This document shows, piece after piece, positions 1 through 13,063 of a DNA stretch of 64,000 nt. The notes beneath the pieces were generated by a model. It was not told the origin of the DNA. It saw only the letters and a list, made by a program, of their open reading frames with translations, and did no database searches. Each line of letters opens with the position of its first letter. Within the stretch, counting starts at the first letter, position 1. The translations under genes and the position numbers were made by a program. Origin of the DNA: Parasitella parasitica NRRL 2501 (lineage: Eukaryota > Fungi > Mucoromycota); assembly GCA_025201805.1 (NCBI GenBank), contig MU619299.1, positions 5,604 to 69,603 of the forward strand, written 5' to 3'.

Positions 1-3000
1 TGCCCCGCTCTGTTGGCGGCGGCATCACCACTACAACCGCCGCTGGCGATTCAGTCCACAATGACAGTACCGTGTCTGACCATCGCTCACAGTGGCTGCG
101 TCTACTGAATAGAGTGTCGTTCATGAATTCGGTAGACTCAACGCCGATGAAAGATGATCAGCAGCTTTCTGACGAAGAATCTGTCAACGTGGATCGAGAT
201 ACGTTTGAGCTGATGAGAAGTGCGGCAAGAGAGAACCGTCAACGGTCTCGTCACCATAGTCTCAATGTATCCACATCAGCCACAGGTGCTGTTAGAGGCC
301 GCGACGATGAACCCACCGTCCTGGAAGAGCAAGAAGATGACCAGGAAGAGCTGCTACCTTCCGCTTACGACTTGGAAAACGATCATGTCTATCCGCTGAG
401 CGATGACTCTGAGGACGAAGAAAGCAACTACTTTACCCATCCGTTCCAAGCTGAGCAAGACGAACAACAGGATGCGACAACAGCAGCAGCAGCGCCACCA
501 CAGCGACCTCCGCCTGTGCTAAAGTACGCACGCACTGCAATACCTAGCAGAAGGCCTGAGGCTGAAAGCAGCGCAAGTGGTGTGCCTGTGGATGGATACA
601 CTGATGACACCCGTATTCGCAAAGACAAATGGGACAGAACCTTGGACAAGATCAAATTGATTGCGAATTTCCAACCAGGGACACCACCCCCACCGTCTCC
701 TCATCAGACACATGTAATGCTGGGCCCCTCGCACACATTAGCGACGTACTATCCGCCTGCTTTTGATCCTATTTTTGCAGCCTTTGCCAAGGACGAGTAT
801 GGCAAGAATCTGGTAAGTAGCACAATCCGTACGACGCTGTTGTGCTAATTTTGAGCCCTTGTGTTTCATCTGGTTATATAGCCACCCATTTTGCTGCAGT
901 GTATCTACGTGAGTGTGCAAACTGTTTTTTTTTTTTTTTTTTTTTTTTTTTTTGTAGCGTGTCAAGCAGGGACGTACTGACACAGAACATGATATGATAG
1001 TTAAATGTGACAGACTCGGAATATCTGTATGGCACCGGCCAGTGGGTGTTCCGCATAGAATTGCAGTATGGAGATGTCAAGTGGGTCATTCGTCGTGGCA
1101 TTGCAGACTTTGTAGCTCTCCACATCAAGCTCAAAGTCAAGTCTAATCTTTACGATTATGTCCCTGACCCGCCCGTTTTTCCGAACCAACTCGCCAACTT
1201 ACTGGACACAGCTAAATCTACAATGGGCCTCCATTACCGAGGCGATGAGCCCGAGCCTTCTCTTGCGCTGCCAGCATATCAACATCAGCACGACGACGGC
1301 TCCAGTATCAAGAGCAAAGTCGCTTTCAATCGCAGAACGGCATTGACCCAGTATCTACGAGCTCTGTTACTGCGTGCACATGTCACTGTCAGCTACGATA
1401 TCTGCGAATTTTTAGAGCTATCTGCTATAAGCATTGTACAAGACATGGGGTGGAAAGGCAAGGAAGGCTACATGCGTAATCGTATCAACTATGTTTCGCC
1501 GCGCTGTTGTCAAATTTGGAAAACACATCGATGGAGTACAGAATGGATCATTCTTAGAGATTCGTAAGAAGCTTCTATTGAACCGTGATGTGATGATTTG
1601 AACTCAAATTTTAAATGCTATAGATACATGGCGTTTTGTACGGATACAGCATCACCCACGCCAACAGATGTGCTGCTGTTTGACAACGGGCTTTGCATTG
1701 ATATTCAGGAACCCCGCGTCTATTTAGGCAGCTATCATATATCCATCAGCAACGAGTCTCGCAAGATAGAAATCAAAGGCACAAAACGAGAAGTCGATCA
1801 GTGGCTTGAAAGCATGGAAAAGGTTCGAAATGATAGCCCCTGGGTGCAAAATCACCGCTTTGGCTCGTTTGCGCCAGTTCGCACACATGCCAAAGTGAAA
1901 TGGTTTGTTGATGCAGAAAGTAAGTCTTTTTTTTTTTTTTTTAACGAGACAAGGGCGCTGAGCCATCTTTTTTTTTTTTCGTCGCACTATTCGCATAGAT
2001 CACTTTAATGCGGTTGCAGAAGCGATTCTTTCTGCAAAGGTGGAAATCTACATAGCTGACTGGTGGCTCACTCCAGAGTTGGTAAGCTCAGCAGCGATTA
2101 TTTTATGCTATTGCATGGACTAATCCATGTGGACGTAGTATCTAAGAAGACCCCCTGAGGAAAATGAAGATTTCAGGCTAGACAGGCTGCTTCACCGTAA
2201 AGCCGCCGAAGGAGTCAAAATTTACATAGTTGTGTATAAAGAAATGTCGCTTGCGCTTACCATCGATTCTGTACATACAAAGCAATGGCTGCAAAACCTG
2301 CACCCCAACATCATTGTTCAGCGACACCCAGACCACACATTTGGAAACGACAACACAGTTTTGTTTTGGTCGCATCATGAGGTATGTTTTGTGTATGAAT
2401 AAGCCCACAGACACTGCATACGATATACACACGAATTCTCATTCCATGCAGAAAATTGTTGTTGTAGATAATCGTTTGGCATTTATCGGCGGCCTCGATC
2501 TGTGCTTTGGAAGATACGATACGCACAGCCACTCTCTTTCCGACTATCCTGCTGATGGGCATGACCGTGAAGTATTTCCTGGTCAAGATTACTCCAATCC
2601 TCGAGTCAAGGATTTTGTAAATGGTAACTACAGGACTTGTCGAATCAAGTATAGCATTTGCATGTGCTGATAACTTTTTTGTTTTGCTTTTTGTGTGTGC
2701 AATTTAGTTGCCCAGTTTGATAAAACACTCGTAGACAAAAAAGTAACTCCTAGAATGCCATGGCACGATGTTACTCTGGGTGTAGTTGGCCCCATCGCCA
2801 GAGACATAGCACGCCATTTCATCCAAAGGTGGAATTTCTTGAAATCAACAAAGAGCATGCATCGCCGTAATTTGCCATTTTTGATGCCAAAGGGTGAGTA
2901 TGTCGCTGCTCGGGACGAAAGCAACTTTTCAGGCACATGCAAGGTTCAGCTGCTGAGAAGTTCTTCTCGCTGGAGCTCGGATGTTGAACGTGAGCACTCA

Positions 3001-4633
3001 ATCTACAATGCTTACATGGAATGCATAGCACATTCAAAGCACTTTATCTACATTGAGAATCAGTTCTTTATCAGCACTACGCAAGACGACAAATTGCTCC
3101 GTAACAAGATTGCTCAAGCTTTGGTGGAAAGAATTAGACGAGCCCACGATAAGGGCGAGAAGTTTAGAGTCTATGTTGTTATTCCGCTTGTGCCTGCATT
3201 CGAAGGGGATTTAGCATCAAGCGAGGCGTCGTCGGCTAGGTATGTGGCATTCTACGCAGACAATACTTACTCACCACAATTGCTTTTGTAGAACTGTGAT
3301 GCATTTCCAGTACGTGACCATCTCGCGAGGTGGAAACTCCATCATTCAAAAACTCAATGAATACGGCATCGACGCTGACCAATATATTTCATGGTTCAGC
3401 CTACGAAACTATGGCAAAATTAAAACCCCCAAACCTCCTCCACAACAGACAGACGCTGATGATTTACAGCCACCGCACAACGACAGCGGATCTGTATTTG
3501 GTGACGAAGCAGTTGCAAAGGATCCTTTTGCAGACAATGCTACTCACCATCTCCACCCCCACTTGCATCTGCACAAAGTAAACACAAACGAATCTGTCTC
3601 CTCAACCACAACGGCTGCCAACAGCTTTTTAGGCGGGCAATCCTCCTTGCATCCAGAAACATTTAACGGTAGCAGGCGCGGATCTTCCACTAGCAACACT
3701 GGTGATTTGGTAGACGATGACAGATACGACTATGTTAGTGAATTGCTGTACATCCACGACAAGTTGATGATTGTTGACGACCGAATTGTGCTGATGGGAT
3801 CTGCCAATATCAATGACCGTTCACAGCTAGGAAATCGTGATTCAGAGATTGCCATGCTAGTGGAGGATACAGATATGATTCCTTCCTTTATGAACGGCAA
3901 AGAGGTATGTAGAAGCAGCCACGTGTGTGTGTGTGTGTATATATTTATATATTTATATATCTTTTACTCACTGGACTGCACTATTCAGTACAAGGCGGCC
4001 AAATTTGCACATACTTTACGCATGCAACTTTGGAAAGAGCATTTGGGATTACTCAATTTTGAAAAATGGTCCCAACTATTACAAGACCAGGACGAAAAGC
4101 AAGTAGAAACGCTTGATATACCACCGTCTACCAATACCAATATGAACGCATACCCAAGTCTGACAAGATCTCTCAACAATGCCCATGATATTAAAACCAT
4201 TGAGGCAGACGAGCCTGTCAAGATGCTGGACAGAGCCAGCCGGACGTTTAGCTTCTACGACACGTTCAAAACACATCATCCCCATGGCAAACGACATGAT
4301 GCGGCTGCTCTTGATCCTCTATCAGATCACACCTACAACAACATTTGGAACAAACGGGCAACCGGCAACACACACATATACAGACAGTTGTTCAGATGCA
4401 TCCCCGATGACACAGTGCACACTTATGAACAGCACCGCAAGTTTATCCCGAATCCAGCCAAAGTCAAGACGGGCCATATAGCAGACCCCAATTTGACAGA
4501 GGAAGAGATTTGCGAGCAGTTGGGCCAAATACGAGGTCATCTCGTGCTGTTTCCCAAGGACTATCTCAAGGAAGAAAACTTACTGCAGGGCACAATTATC
4601 GATACAATGACTCCATTGATTATTTTTACTTGA
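1..4633 (+). CDS. SPO14: Phospholipase D1 (Spo14-like), multi-exon, 5' end probably upstream of the window
   Basis: PX-like and PH-like segments, then two HKD motifs (WSHHE|KIVVVD..GGLDLCFGRYD and YIHDKLMIVDD..GSANINDRS), plus PRMPWHD and HFIYIENQFF. Frame is open from the window start; stop TGA at 4631-4633. Confidence 0.93.
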
Positions 4634-5239
4634 CATTGTTGTATAAATCAGTTGCTGTTAGTCCCTTTAAGCTAAACCCATGAATGTCGTTTTTGCCCTC
4701 CATTTGTTGTATCGCAGTTGCGTTTTTCTTGATTATATCTCTTGCTTCACCAGTCTTTTCATCTAGCACTTTTTGATCTATCGTGTAGTAAGGGGAAATT
4801 AATTATCTGTGCCAAAAGAGTGGTGTGCAGGGTATACCACATGCCTTTTTCTATCAATGCTTTGGTTTTCTCTGTTGGCAGTTTGATAAACATGTCTCCA
4901 AAAAATGTCCATGTTTTCGTGTCTGGCATTATGCGTAAATGACGAGATTCTTTTTGCACAATGTTTGGATACATACCATGTGTCTTTTTCAAGCTGGATA
5001 ACGCTTCCCTGTTTGAATTTCTTTTCCTGTCATAGTCAACCACCTTTTGTCCGCGATTGTTAGCTATAATCAAACACAGACTCCTGTATACGACTTTACT
5101 GCCTGCTTGTTGACAAGTATTTCCTCTGCTAAATGCTCTTTTGCAGCCAGTGCTATCACCGTACGTTAGCAAGCTATGCTATCGAGGGCTTTACATCATA
5201 CGCACTTTTTTCAATCTGATTTGCTACGACGTTGGCCAT
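4626..5239 (-). CDS. PDRG1: PDRG1-like prefoldin-family protein (5 exons)
   Basis: Manual splicing gives MANVVANQIEK-TLAAKEHLAEEILVNKQA-VVDYDRKRNSNREALSSL..TWTFFGDMFIKLPTEKTKALIEKDQKVLDEK..GFSLKGLTATDLYNNVK*, matching PDRG1 hallmarks (D..RN.NRE.L, FG.MFIK.P, IEKDQ). Confidence 0.8.
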
Positions 5240-5485
5240 GGTTTTTTTTTGGGTTTTTTTTTGCGAGTGTAAATTCAGAAAAGAAACAGCAAGCCACACC
5301 ACTGCCTTATTTCAAATAAAAAAGCTGTGTTGTAGGGCTGTGCCGGCAGTACCTTCTTTCTCCCTGTTTACTTTTTTTTTTTTTNNNNNNNNNNNNNNNN
5401 NNNNNNNNNNNNNNNNNNNNNNNNNNNNNNNNNNNNNNNNNNNNNNNNNTTTTTTCACCACGCGATTTTTGTTGTGTGTCTAGAA

Positions 5486-7203
5486 ATGAGTGTATTCCCA
5501 AAGGAAACTATCAAAGTAAGTAAAAAGAGCTCAATTGCCAATTGTCTATAGTATGCAGCAGTGGTTGAATAAACGACTAGAATGTTGGTGAATCGCTAGG
5601 CATTGCCAACCTCAAAGATGAAGTTGCCACAGCATTGGCCCAAGACGTTGAATACAGAGTCCACGAGTTGATTCAAGTATGTCGATTGTCTGTCTCTATT
5701 CCTCATATACCGTTTGCTCACAAAAAAAAAACACGAAAACATAGGAAGCAGCAAAATTCATGCGACACTCTAAAAGAACAAAGTTGTCCGTAGACGACAT
5801 CAATGCAGCGCTTCGCGTTAAAAACGTCGAGCCGCTCTACGGATACACATGTAGAGAAATGCCCAAGTTTAGAAAGACAACTGTCAACTCCACCGACATC
5901 TATTTTGACGACGATGAAGAGGTCGATTTTGATTCAGTGCTGAACAAACCGCTCCCAAAAATCCCCTTGGACATTACATTCACAGCGCACTGGCTCGCTA
6001 TCGAAGGCGTGCAGCCAGCCATCCCACAGAACCCAACGCCCAGCGGTAATCTATCAATCAAATGCGTGGAGAGTTGGCCTCCTAACATTTGTGTATGTAT
6101 ATAGACGCTAAAGCAGAACTGTTGTCAAAGCGTGCAAAGAACCATGCTTCCTCCAACGGCATTACCACAGACCAAGTCAATGTCAAACCGCTTGTCAAAC
6201 ATGTGCTGTCCAAAGAACTACAAATGTACTTTGAGAGGATTACAGAGGCTGTCTTGAGCGAAGACGAAAGATTACAATCACAAGCATTCGAGAGTTTGCG
6301 CTCAGATCCCGGCCTACATCAATTGCTGCCTTACTTTGTTCAGCACATTCACAAGAAGGTGACCCAAAACCACAAGAATTTGGATGTCCTAGAAGCCATG
6401 TTATCGATGGCCTACTCGCTGCTGAACAATAAGCATCTATTCGTGGAGCCATATGTATGTCGATTCTGTGCTATACAAATAGCCAAAACTCTAAACACAC
6501 ACACACACACACACACACTTACTCACTCACTCACTCACTCACTCATATCATAGCTTCATCAACTAGTCCCTCCTATTCTCTCATGTCTAGTAGGTCATAA
6601 CATCTGCGAGAACCCACAAACACAAGATCATTGGTCTACTCGTCAGCGTGCTGCCACATTGATTGCCGACATTTGTCATCAGTACGGCAAAGCTTATCAT
6701 ACGTTACAGCCTCGTATTACAAAGACTTTGCTGCGTGCATTTCTAGATCCTGCGAGACCTCTTACGACACAGTATGGATCCATCATTGGATTAGACAAAA
6801 TTGGCACAGAGGTGACTCGTGTGCTAATTGCTCCCAACATCAAATTCTACACTGAGAATTGCCTGGAACATGGCCTCAATAGCCCAAACCCTATGCGAGT
6901 AGAGGAAGCTTTGAAATGCAAAGAAGCATTGGTGGTAAGTTTTTAAATGTGAACGGAATCGTGGATAGGAATGCTGATTAGCGTACCGACGCATAGACTG
7001 TGTTGGATCATATTGCAGAGCAAGATGAGAGTGCATCAAAGAAACCAAGATCAGAGCATGATATGGAGCAAGATGAACCAGCTCCTACAGAAGAGGAAAA
7101 GAAGCAGCTAGTAGACTTTGTGGGTCTAGTTATCGGGCAAGCTTACTTGGACAAAGAGCACAGAAAGTCAAGGGTCAAGAGTTTGATTGAACTGGCTGCT
7201 TGA
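5486..7203 (+). CDS. TAF6: TFIID/SAGA subunit TAF6
   Basis: MSVFPKETIK start, histone fold (KFMRHSKRTKLSVDDINAAL), HWLAIEGVQPAIPQNP, KHVLSKELQMYF, DPGLHQLLPYF, TLQPRITKTL. Confidence 0.95.
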
Positions 7204-7664
7204 TTTGATGGTTATGTATACATACAATAAAACTATATTATTATCAAAACAAGTTTACCAAGCCCTGTAAAATGCCGACTGCGTACAGTCAACATTAGAA
7301 ATGTTCTTGGTAGTGAATGGATTCTAATATACAGGCATGCATGCATACAAGCCTTAGCACCATGACATACGAAATGGAACCAATATACATGCACACATAA
7401 TTGACCACTTTTGAAAACCAAACAGAATTGGCCATGATATGCTGCACACTGTTAGACGAGGCAAGTAGATCATGTCATAATGGCCAATGCAGATTACTTA
7501 CGAACAGATGACTGTCATAAGTTGAATCTAACACAAACAATCAACAAGTACACAGTTGCAGGGCACAAAACTGAAGGATCTGTATTCCCGTTCCCATCAA
7601 ACACATGTACAATACAAGCACATAGTGTGATACATGATAAATGAATGCATTCTTTTTATTTTAC

Positions 7665-7699
<35 letters not shown>

Positions 7700-8075
7700 N
7701 NNNNNNNNNNNNNNNNNNNNNNNNNNNNNNNNNNNNNNNNNNNNNNNNNNNNNNNNNNNNNNNNNNNNNNNNNNNNNNNNNNNNNNNNNNNNNNNNNNNN
7801 NNNNNNNNNNNNNNNNNNNNNNNNNNNNNNNNNNNNNNNNNNNNNNNNNNNNNNNNNNNNNNNNNNNNNNNNNNNNNNNNNNNNNNNNNNNNNNNNNNNN
7901 NNNNNNNNNNNNNNNNNNNNNNNNNNNNNNNNNNNNNNNNNNNNNNNNNNNNNNNNNNNNNNNNNNNNNNNNNNNNNNNNNNNNNNNNNNNNNNNNNNNN
8001 NNNNNNNNNNNNNNNNNNNNNNNNNNNNNNNNNNNNNNNNNNNNNNNNNNNNNNNNNNNNNNNNAATTAACTTAC

Positions 8076-8457
8076 ATAGGTTTCATCGAATTGCAATACT
8101 AACTTGAAAGTACCGTCCTCGAAAGGGGTATCAGCTGAAAATCTGTTGTAAATAAACAATCGTACAAACCAGAGGCATTCGACTTACCAGGACCAAAGAT
8201 TACTGCATTCCACATCATGATATTTTCGGGGCTGGGAGCGCCTGTAAAACAACATACCGTCAGTATTGATGCCTTCTTGGAAAAACCAAGCAGACTAGTT
8301 ACCTGATACGCCGGCTAAGCATCCACAAATAGGGTGGTATTCAACCTGTTAATAGACTGCGACTAATGTATTTTTTACTTGAGCAACATTTACCAGGAGG
8401 ATCACTTTGTAATCTCTTAAAATCACGCATAAGTCTTCTTCTAGTAGGTGTGGACAT
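8076..8457 (-). CDS. RAD6: Ubiquitin-conjugating enzyme E2 Rad6/Ubc2, 3' part lost in the N gap
   Basis: Not in the ORF track. Splicing gives [63 protein letters not shown], then an intron running into the gap at 7700-8064. Confidence 0.9.
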
Positions 8458-9141
8458 GTTTTATTCTGTATATTACTTGATTCTATTCCTAGGTCGGGTG
8501 TGGGTGCTGTGCTTTTTACGGGTTATACAAAGAGCGAGGGAAAGAAAAAGAAACAAATCACTACATGTTAGAACGGGCGTAGTCTATATAAAAGCAAACG
8601 AGAAAAAAAAAAAAACGACTGCTTTTGACGATGCTTCTACAGTGCATTTGAACTTTATCTGTGAGCCATTAGTAATGCTATGCAGCGCCAGAGACTTAGT
8701 AGATGATGACTAAAAAAAAAACGGCTTGCATGGAAGCTCATTGACGACTGCTGGAGAGTATTCCATGGTCGTCAAAAAAAAAAAAAAAAAAAAGTTGGCC
8801 CCACACCCACTTTCTGATTTAAGGATAAATTAAATTTTACCTTGATCGGTTCAGTGGATGTAAATGGCAAATGTACCAGTGGATGTAGATACAGTACTAG
8901 TTGCTGCTGAAGCCTCGCTCGATTGGCTCGGAAATGTACGAGTCTCTCTCCAAAGAATAGCTTGGTTGCATGACTGGATTTCACATGCTTGCCTGATGGT
9001 TTATTTCACACACGTTTAAATACTGTAATTCGTTTTTTAAATAGCCGATTTGCATACCCACTTCTCTCACTACATTTCGTGAAAGGACCATCTCTTCTTT
9101 TTGCTCCACATTTTCACTTTTTCTTTCTCGTTATTTCAAAG

Positions 9142-10499
9142 ATGGCTCTACGTCAAGCTTTCATTGTTTCTGCCAAAAGGTATAGTAGCCAATTGTGTTG
9201 GCTGTAAGTGCACCATGCTAAACTGCAATCACATTAAACAGAACTCCCTTTGGTGCCTTTGGGGGTAAATTCAAGAACCTCACAGGTAAGTGCACAAAAG
9301 AGCTTACTGCTGACAAATCACTGAACCTTGAACAGCCTCCGAGCTGGGCGGTTTAGCTGCCAAGGCTGCCATCGCTGATCTCCCTCAAAACGTCCCTATT
9401 GACTCTGTGATTTTTGGTAATGTCCTCCAAACAGATGTTGCGGGTGCCTACGTTGCACGTCATATCGGCCATCGCGCCGGTTTGCCTGTTACTGTCCCTG
9501 CCTTAACCGTGAATCGTCTCTGTGGTTCTGGTCTTCAAAGCGTAGTTAATGCAGCTCAAGAAATCGTGTTGGGCGAGAGTGAAATTGTATTGGCTGGTGG
9601 CACTGAGAATATGTCATTAGCCCCTTTCACTTTATCAGGCTCTTCTCGCTGGGGTCTCAAGCTTGGCCAAGATCCTGCGCTCCAAGATACGCTTTGGACA
9701 GCCTTGACTGATCAATACCCTACTCCAACTCCTATGGGCATCACTGCCGAAAATTTAGCCGACAAATATAAAATTACAAAGCAAGAATGCGATGAGTATG
9801 CTTTGTCAAGTCAAAATCGCTACGAAAAAGGTATGTAAGGATTTCCCGAGAAGCTGAATGGGGGTCATTGACGACAAGATGGTAGCTGCCAAGGCTGGTA
9901 TTTATAAAGACGAAATTGCGCCTGTCGAGATCAAGGGCCGCAAAGGTCCTGAGATGGTCAGTGAAGATGAGCACCCTCGCGCCGGCTTACAAATAGAAAA
10001 CTTGACCAAATTGAAGCCTGTCTTCAAGAAGGATGGTGTGGTGTCTGCTGCCAATGCCTCTGGAATCAACGACGGCGCTGCTGCTTTAATCGTTGCTAGT
10101 GAGGATGCGGTGAAAAAGTACGGCCTGACACCTTTGGCTCGTATTCTTAGCTGGCAAGCATCCGCTGTCGAGCCCACTTTGATGGGCTTGGGTCCTGTTC
10201 CTTCTATTCAGGGCGCATTGAAAAGAGCTAACCTCGAGCTCAAGCAAATGGGTTTGGTTGAAGTCAATGAAGCCTTTGCTGCTCAATACTTGGCCTGCGA
10301 AAAGGAGCTCGGATTAGAGAGGGAGATCACCAATGTCAATGGCGGCGCTATTGCTGTTGGTCACCCCTTGGGTGCTTCTGGCGCTCGTATTTTGACTCAT
10401 TTATCGCATGCTCTTCAACGTACCAATGAAAAATATGCTGTTGGTTCTGCCTGTATTGGTGGCGGTCAAGGTGTTGCTGTCATTTTGGAAAGAGTATAG
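9142..10499 (+). CDS. 3-ketoacyl-CoA thiolase (ACAA2-like)
   Basis: MALRQAFIVSAKRTPFGAFGG start; NRLCGSG, NEAFA, GHPLGASG and CIGGGQG thiolase motifs. Confidence 0.93.
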
Positions 10500-10737
10500 A
10501 TTTGGATGAAATAGGAAATGACGAAAAATAAAATAAAAGTGTGCTGCTTGTATTTGCAGAATGGGAATGATGCGTTTATGTTTCTACCGTTTCGTTCCGA
10601 GAATTATCAAATCTGGGTCCGTCGATACATGCACTACAATAATTGCCTCACATTCAGATCAAAAAAAAAAAAAAAAATTCAAATGCTACCCCCCTGAGTT
10701 GCATTAAAATGCCGCTCTATGCATCGTTCAACTTTAT

Positions 10738-11637
10738 TCATACCAAAACAAATTCAATGGTCCAGGTTCTACGACACCATAGCTTACACGTCTGAATATT
10801 CTCTTTGTCTTTTCCACTAACCGGAAAAGTAGCTCTACTCCACCAGCATCTGGCCTGTGTTTTCAAAATCATAAGCAGGCTTTACATAGTTTGTAAATAG
10901 CATTAAATACATACAAATGGGTTACTACGGAACATCATCAGTTTTTGCCCAACTTGCAATCTATCATCGTATTCAATGCTTGCAAAAGCTATGCTATGAA
11001 TAGAAGACACGTTTGGCTCTTGTGAACGAACCTGCCATTTGTCTTCCAAGCTAAAGCCAGCTAAACGTAGGATGTCTACAAAATCAGCTGGCTGGCTAAC
11101 ATTAAAGATCGAATCCTGATCTAACAGTAATTTTAGGCTTGTTTGTTTTACTGACGATGAGTTTTCACAAATTACAAAATAAACCAGCTCTTCGAGCAGG
11201 ACCATGATGCCTTGCCTTGTTAATAGCGGGCTTAACGGAGTGCCTGTTACGACGGCATGAGCCAAGTAAGCGTCTTCATTGAATTGACTGTGTCTCGCAA
11301 GGAACTTGGACTTGTGGGATTTATAGTAGTCCAAAATATGAGCAAGCATTTTGGGATCGAAATCTGAGCAATATTCCTTGACATCTTCCAGAAGACCTTG
11401 GGGAAACAGAATCCGCAACACTGTTTCTGGCACAGTGCGCTTTTGTAATAGAGTAGATGTTCATGTCAAGCTTACTTTTATGCGCATGTACAGTATACGT
11501 ACTAGAGTGTTTTTATCCAGATCAATACGAGTTCCTCGTAGATTCAAGCGCAATACTTCTGGCAAATGCACTGCACGATCCTGCTGCTTGACTAGCTTTG
11601 TGTTCTTCTTCTTAACTTGGGTTATGATGGTTGACAT
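10738..11637 (-). CDS. Whi2-like BTB/POZ stress-response protein
   Basis: LRLNLRGTRIDL..VPETVLRILFPQG N-terminus, VLLEELVYFVI, and C-terminal KLWCRRTWTIEFVLV* resembling the Whi2 RRVWTLE tail. Confidence 0.7.
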
Positions 11638-11640
11638 TAC

Positions 11641-11673
<33 letters not shown>

Positions 11674-11726
11674 AAAAGATATGATTAAAGACACAGCAGC
11701 GGTTTTTGTTTGTTTATTTATTTGGA

Positions 11727-13063
11727 TCAAGCAGAAGCAGATTTTTGCATGGAAGAAGTGCGACGACGTTCAATCTTTTGTTGCTTGGATTCCTTGACAC
11801 GCTTGGCAAGCAATTGTTTGTATTCGGCTTCAGCTTCTTTAGAAGCCTCAGCTCTTCTGCGCTTAAGAGCTTGTCTATGTCTCTTACGTTGAAGAGTGAG
11901 GGGAGTAACGAGACGTTGGATCTTGGGTGCCTTGGTGTAAGCCTTCTTGCCTTCGGCCTTGGGTTGAACCTCACGACGAATAACATACTTACGGACATCG
12001 TCTTCCTTGGTCAAGTTCTACTTGCAAATGGAATGTTAATGTCTAAACCAATCTAACATACACACACACACACACACANNNNNNNNNNNNNNNNNNNNNN
12101 NNNNNNNNNNNNNNNNNNNNNNNNNNNNNNNNNNNNNNNNNNNNNNNNNNNNNNNNNNNNNNNNNNNNNNNNNNNNNNNNNNNNNNNNNNNNNNNNNNNN
12201 NNNAAAAAAAAAAAAAAAAAACCTACAAAAAACTTTCTGATCTTGGAAGCACGCTTGGGGCCAAGACGCTTGGGAACAGTGGTATCGGTCAAACCAGGAA
12301 TTTCTTGCTCGCCTTGCTTGACAACAACAAGAGACAAAACAGAGAGATCAGAGCCGACAATACAACCACGAACCGACTTTCTTTTACGCTCACCAGTACG
12401 GCGAGGACGGTAACAAGAGTGGCCCTTGGACATCAAGAGGCGAACACGGTGAGGCAAAAGAACACCTTGCTTCATAGGGAAACCTTGCTTATCGTTACCA
12501 CCAGAGATGCGGAAAACGTAGCCCTTGAATTCATCGCCGAGAGAATCGCCAGAGACTTCTTGGGCCATGCGCTTGTCGTAAAAGCCACGGCTATGCGAAT
12601 GTTAGTTTTGCTAGTTCAACATCTTGGTTCCTATCAAGCACTTACACACGACGCTCATCTTCGATTTCAATTAATTTTTGACAGCCGGTGGCTGGGTTCG
12701 CAATATTGAGCTATTATGTAGAATTTTGTGTGTATTAGAATCATATTTTCGAGTACTGTCGATAGAATGTTATTTAGAGAGAACTACGCTTGCTAATTCA
12801 GTTGTAGCGAGCTGCAATTGTAGACTGAGAAATGGCGCTTTTAGTGATCAAGAGAATGTTGAGTATACGGAGAACTGTGGTCTACATGATAGTTTTTTTT
12901 TTTTTTTTTTTCCTCTTTTGTAATGCTCCCGTTTAGATATCCATCCATCTATCCATCCATCCATTATCCTCCATTATATCTATCTGATCCATTTATGGTC
13001 GTCCGTCATATTTCTCTCTAAATAACGCATCTATCTTGATTTTCATGCGATTCTTACCTTCAT
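11727..13063 (-). CDS. RPS6: 40S ribosomal protein S6 (eS6), 4 exons
   Basis: Exon 1 ATG AAG (13063-13058), exon 2 12710-12646 ([12 protein letters not shown]), exon 3 12590-12227 ([14 protein letters not shown]), exon 4 12017-11727 ([17 protein letters not shown]). Confidence 0.97.

Noticed and set aside
6496-6545. (CA)n/(TCAC)n run in a TAF6 intron and similar (GT)n/(AT)n runs elsewhere
   Set aside because: Ordinary intronic microsatellites.
7634-8107. Long ORFs full of X and poly-F/K (also near 5232-5501, 23685-23936, 59884-60159)
   Set aside because: Artefacts of N gaps and flanking homopolymer runs.
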